NCBI RefSeq assembly: GCF_964194025.1
Contig: NC_134474.1
Span: forward strand, 24,490,001-24,554,000
Source of the DNA: Convolutriloba macropyga
Lineage: Eukaryota
Length of the DNA stretch: 64,000 bases
Reading direction: 5' to 3'
The notes under the pieces: generated by a model
What the model was told of the DNA's origin: nothing
Database searches by the model: none
What the model saw: only the letters and a program-made list of their open reading frames with translations
Position numbers and translations under genes: made by a program
In this document: in pieces, positions 24,201 to 36,600 of the stretch
Numbering within the stretch: position 1 is the stretch's first letter
Layout: every line of letters begins with the position of its first letter

Positions 24201-27200
24201 AAACTGGGCTTTACGAGTTTACCCCGTTTCTAATTCTAATTTCGTTTTTTAAACTGCTTCAGTTCGTGCTGAATCTGCTGTTTAAAAGCACTTTGAGCTG
24301 AATGAGAGATGAGTAAACCAACCCAGGGAAGCCACAAAGTTCACGCAAATTGTCGAAAAAGCGGCGAAATGAGGTAAAGCAACACAAATTTTTGATCGAC
24401 GAAGTAAAAAAAAGGCAGCAAGAAAAGTCCTGAAAACAATCTAAAGAATTGGATGAAAATATTAGAACTACTCTACCTGGCCAGCAGATCAATTGAACAA
24501 TAACAGCAAAAAATATCGCAAAAGTTGAGAAACTAAAATAAACATAGCTGGCAGATCGCCAGAAAATAGCCGCAATAGCTTTGTCGATCTGCAGTCTAAA
24601 AGATTTAGAAAGACACACTTAAAAAATATTGTTTTCATTGAGAAAGAAGATTTTGAAATCAATTTTAGGAATCTGTATAACTTATTGCTTGTACTAGCTG
24701 CCCAAAAGAACCTTCAATTAGAGTGAAACACTCGCTTGACCTTATCTCTTTGAATTAAAATAAAGAAAAAGTCAATTTCCGAGTGAGGAAGTCGTTTTAG
24801 AGAGTTAGGTAAGTTACGTGTGACCAAAAATTTAATCACGCGAATGAACAAAAAAACTCGCCCTACTTAGAGTAAAAAATGACGTCAAGCACGCAATTTA
24901 TTTAAAATTGCATGAACGAATGATCCAAAAGCAGATTTGAAGTGATTGTGACGTCATATGGTTGTGACAAAATCGTGACGACGAAATAAAAAAACAAGAG
25001 AAGGCCAATAATAGCCTCAGCTATCGCTTCGCGGCTATTAATCAAAGAAACTAAAGAATATAATATTTTTTGGAGCTCTTGAAAATATTACGCTGACAGC
25101 CTAACTTGACCCATTTAAATAAACCCATTAATTCTAGAACACATGTGGAAAGAAGTTCATTGGCCAATTAAGATAGAAATATGACGAATACAAAAAAAAG
25201 AAGCTTGCAAAATTTGAAGTTTCTCAATTTCGCAAAATTAAAAAACTCAAAACCATTTTTTTGTCTCGGGAATCTGTCCTGTACCTTATCTGCACGAATT
25301 TTAAAATATTTATTGTCCCGTAAACCTCAATAAACTTAAAAAACAAAATGAAATGTTGCCTAATTTTGTGATTCTGTCGAAATTCTTTCGGAGGCTATAC
25401 AGTAATCCACTTTAAAGCCTGAAAAAGTTTTATTCGCTCAAAGGTTGAGAAACTAGGAACAGGACCAAAATTTTAAATTATATACAAATGCAAAAATTTG
25501 AGATACTAAAACGTTGAAAAGCATTCCATTGTCCTTAGCAACTCTGAGGTAACATACAATCAAACCCTAGAGGAGAATAGTTCCCCCACTGCGACCAGAA
25601 AAACTGAAAAAATGACAAATATTTTCAAAAAACCTTGAGAAGCAAGCTTTATCAAAAAATTGATAAAATTTATGATATTAATTTATTGCAACCAAATCCA
25701 TTGCCACTAAAAATTATCAGTAACCTATTATCAAACCCTTTGGCCCCTGAGGCTAGAAAATTCAAAATATGACAAAAATTCTCTTAAATCCTTAAAATGA
25801 CCTAACCTTGAATTAGGGCTTTCCCAGCAACTGTGCCACTGCAACTACTTGAAGGACTACTGATCTTCAAACTGATGAGAGGTGCAAATCTGATCCTCCC
25901 GCCAGATTTGCACATCTTATGAAACTTAAAGCCCACTGGGACTTAGCTGTTTATATCGCTTTGAAAGATCAAACGTCATTTAAAAATGTGTGAAAGCATC
26001 TTTAAAAAAAGAAAGAGCACCAATACATTCTAATTCTTAGATTATAAAAAATAGAAGCCCTATAATAGCCGGCTGAGATGAGGGCGGCTAATAATAAAAC
26101 AGCTTAAAATTTCATCGTGAAGTTATTGCGTAAAAAATTGGCTATTATTCTCACGATACCATGCAAAAACATATAATGAAAGGCCTATTGCAACAAAAAA
26201 TTGGAGGAGACGTACTCAGAAACTAATGAAGAACAAAAAAGTTTTCATTCTATTAACAAATGTTCTTCTTTATAATATGCCACGTCCAACTAGACAATTG
26301 ACGAGCCTGATTAGATTCACTTTGGTCAAATTTTCTGAGCAAAAAAGTTTACAAATTGAGACAAGAAAAATCAAAGTGTCAATAAAAAACAAACAAAAAC
26401 AAGATTCAAGCAACTTCCCTAATAACCTCCGAAGTTGAAAATTATTACAAAATTTGTCCAAAACGGCGAAATGACAGAAAACACACCCAGCAGATTGCCG
26501 GAAAATAGCCGCCGTCGATTCCCATAACTACTATTGGGATTGAAAGAACAGATGAAAACAATAAAAACATTGATTTCTGTACAAAAAGATTTTTAAAGTG
26601 CAAACTAATTTGATATCATTTCGTAGTTCAACATACTTCCGTTTATTAGGGAGAGGATACAGGTACGGGCTAGTATCAATATCTATAAGCGTTCAAGATG
26701 GTAACTAAGACTTATAAGAACAAAGCTCAAATAGCGGGCATCTAAAATTGGGCTTCATGAGTTTAGCCCGTTTCTAATTCTAATTTCGTTTTTTTTTTAT
26801 AATGATTCAGTTCGTTTTAAATCTGCTGTTTAAAAGCACTTTGAGCAGAATGAGAGATGAGTAAACCAGCTCAGGGAAGCCACAAAAATTTCACACAAAT
26901 TGTCGAAATAGCGGCAAAATGAGGTAAAGCAAACGAATTTTTCAACGAAGTAAAAAAGGCAGCAAGAAAAATCCTGAAAACAAATTAAAGAATTGAATGA
27001 AATTCTTAGAACTACTCTACCTGGCCAGCAGATCAATAGAACAAGATCAGCGAAAAAATAAGCAAAAGTTGAGAGACTAAAACAATCAAATAAATTAAAA
27101 AATATAATTTATTGGAGCTCTTGAAAATTTTACGCTGGCAGCCAAACTTGACTCATTTAAATAAACCTATTAACCAGAGAACACACCTGAAAAAAGTTTA

Positions 27201-28340
27201 TTGACCGATTAAGATAAAAATATGACAATACTTGAAAAAATTGAAGCTTGCAAAATTTAAAGTTTCTTAGTTTCGCAAAATTAAGTTCAAAACTAAATTT
27301 TTTGTCTCGGGAATCTGTCCCGTAACTCATCTGCAAGACTTAAAAAAGTTTCATTGGACCGTAAACCTCGATAAACTCAAAAAACAAACTTTCAATCAAA
27401 TTGAAAACAATTGGAAACTTTAATGAAATGTTGCTAAATTTCGCGATTCTTCCGAAATTCTTCCGAACCATTTCATTGTCTTGAGAGACTATATAGTAAC
27501 CCAATCTAAATCCTTAAAAGATTGATAAAACAGGACAATTTTAAAGTTTATCAAAAAATGCAAAAATTTGTGATACTTAAATGTTGAAAAGCATTCAATT
27601 AGCCTAAGCAACTCTGCAGTGCCATAAAATAAAACCCTAGAGGAGATTAGTTCCCCCACTGAGACAAGAAAAACCGAATAAAAATATTTTCAAAAACCTT
27701 GAAAAAATGGCAAACTTTATCCAAAAAGTTGATTTATATTTGTGATATTAAATTGTTGAAAGCAAATCTATTGCCACAAAAAACTATCAATAACCTATTA
27801 TCAAACCCTTTGGCCCCCGAAGCTAGAAAAACTCAAAAGATGACAAAAATTTTCTCAAATATTGGCAATTATCAGTTTTTTGTGTTTATGCAGTACCAAA
27901 ACATACAGCTCATAAATAAGTCACAAAAGTAACTATAAATTGTAAGAGACCTTTATCAACTCAGAAAACCATTTTTTCAAGACTAATAAAAAATATCCAA
28001 AAAAAGGTTTAAAAAACGCAAAAAATGCACCATTTTGGGCTCAAAAATTCCTGAAATGACCTTCCCAGCAACAGTGCCACTCTAAGCACTTGAAAGACTA
28101 CTAGAGCCAGCTTTGGGCCTCTTATGAAATTTAATGCCCACTAGGACTTAGCTGTTTATCCCGTTTTGAAAGATCAAACGTCATTAAAAAATGTGTCAAA
28201 GCATCTTTAAAAAAAGAAAGAGCACCAATACAATCTCATTCATGGATTGTAAAAAATAGAAGACCTATAATAGCCAGCTGAGAAGATGAGACCGGCTATT
28301 AATAAAACAGCTTAAAATTAAATCGTGAAATAATTGCGTA
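24201..28340. repeat. Diverged direct duplication (24201-26135 vs 26745-28340), probably larger HINE-family copies
   Basis: Long colinear similarity. Both copies end in AATAGCC..GGCTA(A/T)T, and a family terminus (GCAGATTGCCGGAAAATAGCCGC) lies at ~26490. Confidence 0.85.
24541..25039 (-). mobile_element. Helentron/Helitron2-type non-autonomous element (HINE)
   Basis: Asymmetric inverted repeat AATAGCCGC/GCGGCTATT plus terminal hairpin GGCAGATCGCC. Absent from the paralogous copy at ~27083 (empty site), with no TSD. Confidence 0.7.
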
Positions 28341-29606
28341 CAATGGAAATTTAAAAAACTGCTTTGGAAGAAAACTAATGATCACCAAAATACCTCTCCA
28401 AGTGATACGACAGCGCCCAAATACAGATCATATTCTTCTAATTGTGAAAAAAATTGGCGTATATTTTCTTTTTTAAATTGAATTCTACACCTTCAAATGG
28501 TATCAGTTATATTTTTCTGAATGTAGAGAAAGATTTTCCATGTTTGGTGGAGAACAATAAAACTGCTTGTAATATAATTTTCTAATCACAAAAAATTTTG
28601 GAACCATAGCTTTCGCTTGTGCGCAATCGCATCTCAAAAGTTTTAGGCATTCCAATCTGCAGCGTATTATTCCCAAAAATTCAGACTATTTTTGTCGCCA
28701 GCATCATTTCTTTATTGGTGACTAAGACCAATTTTGAGTCTGAAAATTTTACATAGATTGCTTATCGGAGGCAGGGGTTGAGCTGTCAATCAATGGTCGG
28801 TTAATTGCATGCCTTACATCTCGGCTATGACAACAGGATATTTATCCAGGAAAGCAAGGATTGCGTTTGATTTGCGGTAACAATCTTGCAATTGAAGCCA
28901 TTGGAATATTTGCTATGCAAATTCAGTGATATTTTGATTGATTTAGCCAATTAGAAAAAAAAAATAATAATTGAACCTTCAAAATTACTCAAGTGACCCT
29001 TTCCCCAAATCTTACGTTCCCCTATTTTTTTAAGATGCGTACTAGTCATATCAAAAAATGAGGTGAATTTATCGTTTAAAGTTCATTTATATTTCTGCTC
29101 CCCCAACCTACATCACCTCGCCTGATTCCTTCGGAAATCGGTAAACCTCCGTCCAATAAGTGACCTAATGACTGACTTGGATGTTCCCATGGTCTTTATA
29201 GTGAGGAATTTCCCCATTTATGCGCACAACTTGTCAGATAATGGCGCGAATATCTCACAATAATTACTTTGTCATACAACTTTAATACAAATGGAGCGCT
29301 AAAAATACTGATTGATTCGTGAAATTCAAATGTTCAATAGGGGGGGGGGGGTGGGGGGTACACTTTCACGAGTGAACAGAGCAGTCAAAGGCTGTCAAAA
29401 TAATGCACGAGTGAACAGAGCAGTAAAGGCTGGCTGTCAAAGGCTGTCATACGTCTTCAACTTTTTGTACTAAAAAATTTACGAAAATGTTGAATTCAGT
29501 ACAAACTACAGACAGTCTAAATGAAGAATGACAAGCACGAAATTTGTATATGAAATACATTTTTACATTTATACACGCGATATAAAAATAAGAGTCAGTT
29601 TTATAT

Positions 29607-30731
29607 TTATTCCCAGGCATTCAACGTTCTTGTTCCGCTCATGGGCCTGCTACAGGACGAGCTACCGGGATAATCAGTTATTCCAGCAATATTTTTAGAT
29701 TTTGAGCAGTTCAAAGCATACCTTACAAAATCTCTATGTTCATTTTCCAAAGTATCTTTTGATAGAAATTTAGAGCTTTTCACTTTCTCCAGACGCTGTA
29801 AAATTTTACTATTTTCTTCATCGATTTCCTCAAATTTCTTGGACCTGTTAATTCCAGCACTGTGACATCGTTTGAAGGCCGCTTGTGCTTGCGAGCCGGG
29901 ATAAAGAGGCTTCCGGTGGGGCTTTTTCAGTTTAGAAAGCAATCTTTGGTTTTCTCTGTCAATTTCTCTGGCTTTAAAGGCACTTACACTCAGGTTCTTC
30001 TTATTTGTTCTTCCTTGTTGTTGAAGTCTCAGTTTTCGATTAACTGAGCTAAAGCAACTTTCTTGATCATCGTCATTATCAATTAACAGCACATTTTCCA
30101 AAATTTTAGAAATATCCGAAGCATCAGTTGTCGGGTTAAGGATTTGTCTGCTTGAATTCGGAACTCCTCTAGACGAGGCGCCTGATTTTGGTCGTGTTGA
30201 TATTGAATTAGCTCCTCGTTTTGATTTGCTCACTACTCGTTCACGGGGTAATAAACCCGATGGAAGATTTTGCTGTTTCGGTTTTGCGTACGATGATGAG
30301 TCCTCGGTAACAGACTCATCTGATGACGTCAGAGGTGAGACATCAGTAAGACGCGCTTTCTCATCTTCCTCTTCATCGTAGAGCTCTGAACGAGCAGACG
30401 GCAGTTTGATTCCATTAATAACTAAAGACTCTGAAAACCTATTATCCACTTCATCGTCATCTCTGAATTTCGCACTTCCTGAAGATCCTACAAAACTGTC
30501 TTCGCTTTCGACACCGGATAAAAAATCGTCTTCGTACGCAGCACTTTCCCTCAGAATTTCTGTTTCTAAAGGCCTTGATGATTTTGTAAACGTTTCGTTT
30601 AGGGTCTCAGTCTCGGGTGAATCAAGTCTATCTTCGTCTTCGAAGAATTTGAGATCGATGCTCTTAAAAAGCTCTTTGTCATTGTACTTGCTATTAGATT
30701 CGGTGCTATGATTAGACAGCCTGCTACTCAT
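29607..30731 (-). CDS. CFAP97: Cilia- and flagella-associated protein 97 (KIAA1430/Hemingway family), 374 aa from ATG 30731
   Basis: Acidic Ser-rich N-terminus, then KNLS....AREIDRENQRLLSKL...HSAGINR.K..EEIDEEN.KILQRLEKVK and C-terminal AWE. Splice acceptor ttcttcag 7 nt upstream of the ATG. Confidence 0.85.
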   Translation of the reverse strand: MSSRLSNHSTESNSKYNDKELFKSIDLKFFEDEDRLDSPETETLNETFTKSSRPLETEILRESAAYEDDFLSGVESEDSFVGSSGSAKFRDDDEVDNRFSESLVINGIKLPSARSELYDEEEDEKARLTDVSPLTSSDESVTEDSSSYAKPKQQNLPSGLLPRERVVSKSKRGANSISTRPKSGASSRGVPNSSRQILNPTTDASDISKILENVLLIDNDDDQESCFSSVNRKLRLQQQGRTNKKNLSVSAFKAREIDRENQRLLSKLKKPHRKPLYPGSQAQAAFKRCHSAGINRSKKFEEIDEENSKILQRLEKVKSSKFLSKDTLENEHRDFVRYALNCSKSKNIAGITDYPGSSSCSRPMSGTRTLNAWE

Positions 30732-31549
30732 AGTCGACCTGAAGAATAAATATCGGTGGGTTAACAAACCATTTGCGAACTTCTTGATTTCCTTTTTTAT
30801 GAATAAACAATTTGAAGCATTTTTCGAGCAGTTTTCAGTAGGCCTTTAAATGTGAAACTTGGCTGAAAACTTCAAAACAATCTTGTTTACTTCATTTCAA
30901 CAATTTCTCTGCATTTCTGTGTTGCTTACTTGTTTTCGCTTTTAGTAAGATCAAACACCTATGATCAACTAGAGGATTAAATTTTCAAAGTTAATCCATT
31001 GACTGAAGAAGATGAACATTCTCTGCAAAGTTCTTAAAATTATGTCTGCTCCTTATTTCTTCAATATTCTTCATTCACTAAAGTTTTCTCAATTTGGACT
31101 TGGTCAAAAACAAAACAGTTGTAATTTGTGAGAAAATAGTTTTGCCAATTGCCAAAATATAAAGCAGGACCTAAACAAAACAACTCATATACAAAAAGAA
31201 AAGAGAATCTCTCAAACTAAAAATCACTGCGAAGTGGAATAAGTTGCCCTCTCGAGTTAGAACTTTGAAAACTGAGCCTACACTAAAACGTGCTTTGAAC
31301 GGTTTCCTTTACGATTAATTTGCAAAATAAATTACAATAGACAATGTTCTCTTGAATCTTATTTTTATATCTGGAACCTCGGTGTGATCATTACAGTTAA
31401 TTCAAAATAAATAAATGCAGGGTGATTTGTAAATTGCTATTTTAGCATGCAAGTTTTCGACACAACAGTTATGCTTTCAATTGCCATGTCTCCTCCAGAA
31501 AACTTTTATTTGAAAAAAAACGGTAGGAATAAATCAATCTCACTAACTC

Positions 31550-31910
31550 AAACAAATGCACGAACGGAATCATGCGCATACATTTACGCTCACACTCCCA
31601 CACCGACGAACGTTCACACACACGCATACACATACACTTGCTCACCCCTTCTCCCCGAGTAACACACATGAACGCGTAAACACACATTCAGGTACACAAA
31701 CACTTACAAGGTTCCGAACACAAACAAATGCTCAAACACAGACAGATGAACACAAACAAACAGACACGCACCGAGAAACACACACGCACACAAACACATT
31801 CACGCACACCCTCACACACACAGACATACACGCAAACAAACACCCAGACACTTACACGCACACAAACACACACGCACTCACTTGAGCACAAACACACACA
31901 CACACACATA
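31550..31910. repeat. Degenerate (CA)n microsatellite
   Basis: CA/CG-rich low-complexity run. Confidence 0.9.
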
Positions 31911-33698
31911 CTCCCCTTTTTCAAATTTTTGTTAAATTCGGTAATTCCCAATTGAAAATCAAAGCTAGCCTGTAAGAGCTTCAAAATTATGCTTCATTTT
32001 GCTCGAGAAGCAAAAATTTTGCTGAAGAAAAAAGCCGGCCTCGCATATACAAGTCCCCATCTTGAAAAATTCGGAACAGTCACACAGCGTTAGATAAAAC
32101 CTTCTCTTGCTACAACGTCTGACATAACACAAGTCCTTAAACTGAGCAATGCTGGGTTTTGAATCAAATTTTACATTCAAGATTTAACGGTTTTTGAAGC
32201 GGCTCATCAAACTTGAAAACCAATTCCTTTTTTTGAGTAATCTGTGATTCAGCTGATCACGCTGAGCTCAAATTAACTGAAAAGTCAAAAGTCATAATTT
32301 TGTCAAAACAATGAAATTTTCTGTAGTTTTCACTACTATAACAGAATTATTCTGTAAACTTCAAATAATCAGCTAAGAGCTAAGTTAGGAACAAAAATTT
32401 TCAGAAGGGTCCTAAATTCTGATGTTAATAACTTTTAGTAGCAGCCCCCAAATAAAAAATGAGCTCAGATGTGGTTATTAACATGGATAACTTGGAACAT
32501 ATTTTCTTTTCCTTCGTAAGCACAAACACTCACTTGAATTTTCTACCAATTGCAACTTATCGATCACTTGTTAGACATAATGGAAATAATTGACCACTCG
32601 TCTGAATATCACAAAATATTAATTGATAATAGTTCCTGATCGCTTCGCGGTGTGGTAGAAGATACACTTTTTCGAGAACTTGGGCAGAATCGAACAACTC
32701 GAAATAGAATCGAACATGGGGCTTAAACTACGCATCAAGAACTAATCTCGCTGCTTTCAACCCGTGATCAACAAATTAATTACCCAAATGTCAGAAAAGA
32801 TGAAATAAAAATGAATATTGGAAATAAGTAGGACGAATAAAACTTGGAAACCTCGAAGAAATTAGAAACCTGCAATTCTCTTATAAGGAACACCATTTAT
32901 AAGATTAATAAAAAGCTTCTCATTTCTTCTGAAATTTCATTTTTCGTAACCAAGCATAAATACTTTGAATCCTGTGCATCTTGGGGGTACTTTGGTCACG
33001 TTATCAATTCACAAAAACGCGGCCGACTACGATCGGTCCCAATGAGCTCTGAGAAAATTGGGATCAATCGTGCTTTACGATAGCCAGATGAGGGTGTAGG
33101 ATATCACTAAGGCGCTAAGGTTTAAAAAAGGAACCAAATTTTGGCGAACTTTTCATTTGACTTTAAATAGTAAACTTTAAATTTGTAACCAAATTATGTT
33201 AGAAGCTTTACTTATGAATTCTAAAAAATTCTTTCCATTGTTAGGGGGCTGATGTGAGGGGGGGCGTCAAACTCTAAGAACCGCCCTTCAGACAATGCAT
33301 TGTCTCCAAAAGTTTCGGTGACTCGCAAACTTGGGTCGAGTAAGCCGACAGGCTCTGAGGGAACCTAATGCCCTTCGGGACCAACCTGTTTATCCCGTTT
33401 TTGACGGTGAAAAGTCAAAAGAGTCAGACAAAAAATTGGTCAAGCGCATAAACAGACTGAATGACTAATATAATTGTCACAAACCTCGTTTGAGAGCCAT
33501 TAATAAGTTTGGAATGTTTGATTGCAAAGATGAACGTAACCAATTGTACAAAGCATAACCGCTGCTTTTTAAGAAAAGACCTCAAGATATCAAAAAATTG
33601 AAATTTTTTTCAAAATGGAGGATCTAAATAATATTCTTTAAATATTTTGACTTAAATTAAACTGTTAAACTCGTTGATGAATTGAAAGTCATCACAAT

Positions 33699-36600
33699 TC
33701 ATCGGTCCCCAGATCCAGAATCCTCTTTCGCCACAGAGAAATACTTATCAATAAGAGGATCGGACAGAAATTTGTCCATGATTTCAGCTTTAGCCGCAGT
33801 TAGCACTTCCAATCCTCCGTCTTTGCTAGGGACCATAACACTAAACTGGTCAAGGAATTTTGTCAACATGGTGAATTTCTCCGGACCACCGGATCCCAAA
33901 TCTGCAGCTTTATACCATTCAAACTCAGGGTGATTCCAATTAGTCACAGAGTAGCGAGTTGTATACATCATACTCGCAAATTTCAGTGTCTTATCCATTG
34001 AAATTTTATCAATTGTTGACTGTACGAAATCATGGTTAATAGTCAAAACTCGGTTGCGAATTTTAGCTGCGGTATCAAACATTGTTTCAGACTTCAAATA
34101 ATCCAATGACCATGGCGTATCAATGTTTACAATCATGTTTCCAAAGTATGTCACTGGAACTTTTGGATTACGTCTAAATCTTGAATTACATGCAATCTGT
34201 AAGGGCAACACATTGCCTGGATTGCCGCTGGTTTCAACTTCACCAGCAATAGCATAGGCTCTGAAGAGTAAGCTGATTAGACAATCGTTACTGGATGGTT
34301 CGACGTCTTTTAGCTTTGATTGTTCACGCAACGTGTACACATCCTGTTTCAATTTCCTCAGACTCTCAGGGTCAATTTTGAGGATTTTCGCTTTCCGTTC
34401 ATTTATCATCATATCTTGTAAATACGTGGCAAAACCTTGCTTGTACACGTCATCTGGGATAATGGTGAATTCTGGATGCTCGAATATAGGCTCCTTCCCT
34501 GATGGTGAGTTAACCTCAGTTCTGCGACAGACAACTACCTAAATAAACCATTGGAAGAGTCAAATGTCACAGCCCACGGGCGGCAAAACTGACTATTTGA
34601 TATTTGGTGAGCTCTGCATGGGACTGTGAACAACACTTACGGCTTTGATAACTCAAAATGCAACCATACGTGATTGCATACATATGAGTTTTGTCGCTTT
34701 ACTTATTTGTGCCAATAAATACGCGTAGTGGTGTTTCATAATCTATTCGTGTGAAATACATGTGCGCTCAGAAATTAAAGATGCTGGTTAGTCCGCGGGT
34801 CACTCACCTTTAGTGGGCATATTTTCGGCCATTACTTGTATGTGCTGTTTTTACTAGTAGCATTCCATACAGCAATAGAATTAGCAACTAGTAAAATCGA
34901 AACATAGATCTTCATCGTGCATGATTGGTTACTGCCATTTGTTTAGTTCTGATCAAAACTAAGATATTAATGGTTGCTACACTGATTTAACTCATATTTG
35001 GACACAAAATATATCCATATTAACTTTCAAATTCAATTAATACAAAAATTTCACTTTCATTTTATACAAAAAAAATAGACCGTGCGATAAGATCTTAGAT
35101 GTAATACAGAATGCTGTTATTGTTGAATGGGGGGGGGGGGGGGCAGAAAAAGGGGGATGGTGTCCAAAACCTAGATTAAATCAAAATTGCTTTCATGCCT
35201 TTTGGAGCTCTGCTTGCTCGCCAGCTTCGGTGAACCGTACACTTAGAGTCAACTAAAGCTCTAAGAGAACTGGTCAGACACAATGCCCTCGGGCTTCACC
35301 AGTTAATCACAATTAAAAGAGACAAAGGTCAACTTAAATTATTTCCGAGAAAAAGTTCAAACGGAATGGACACTAAGCTAGGATGGTGCTAGATTCTCCA
35401 TTCAGACCCGTCTCATTTTCGTTTCTAATATTCTTCAGATACTGTCTTCAAACAGCCATTTAAAATAAAATTAAGTTTCCAAGCATTTTTCTGCCAAATT
35501 TATTATAAGTTTTCATTGCGAAAACTACACGTGTACATTTCAAAACAGCTAATTTAGCATAGTTTTTCAAAAAAAATTAAAGCCAAGTTAAGAACCCTAG
35601 CGAAGTATTATAGTAGGTAGAGAAGTTGAAGTCAATTTATCGAGGGCCACATTCAAAAGGTTTATACGATTCTTGGCTAAAACAGTCACCTAAGTGAAAA
35701 ACACGAATGACAACACCAGGATCTTTTCCGTTTATGCCCCCCCCCAGTACGTTATACACCCCCCCCCCCCTTAGATACAGAGTACGTGTCATTACATAGT
35801 AAATCATTATGTAAAAATATTGCAAGTGCGCCTGGGGGTGCAAATAATATATGCACCCACTAAGCTTAGGGGGAATGGTCACACAAACTCAACACCCATA
35901 ACCACAAAAGATGAATCGATGATGGATAAAAGCCAGCAATATTTTTTAGTTGTGAAAACAAAGAATCAAGATAATAAGATTGAGATAGTTGGAAAAGTGA
36001 TAGTATCAATAATCAAAAATCCATTAATACTTGATCAAGACAATGATCTATCAATTTTCATCTTGTCAAGCTTTTAGAACACAAATGCGAGAAATGGGTC
36101 CAGAGAAAAAAAATCGGCTGCCTCGAGATCTCTATCTCTTATATTTGCAACACAAAACGCAAACTAATGATACATTTGGCATGTTTAATTGCAAAACCTG
36201 ATTAGCTTGAAAATACTATTAAATAGAGAAAATGGTATTTTGGCAGAAGAGGACAGCTGAGAACAGGCTACTGTTAATGCACTGCAGACTAAAAAGCCTA
36301 ATGCTGCTCCGCTGCGATTACGCAGAACCAAAATTATTATTATCAAGCTATAACTATAGCTTAATCCACACGTTCAATTCTGAACTGCATTTTTATTTCG
36401 AAACTTTATTGTTTATTTCACATTAAGGAAACATTAAGGAAATTTCTTCAAATATTCCATGAGTTTGTTAACTTGTCCCATAATTTTTAAGCATCACTAA
36501 AATCTGGAATACCACTGTACGGTGACTGAACACGCTACTGTGCTACGGCTACCAGTAAATTGTCGATGTTTGTAAATCAGATTAGGGGAGGAATAACAAA

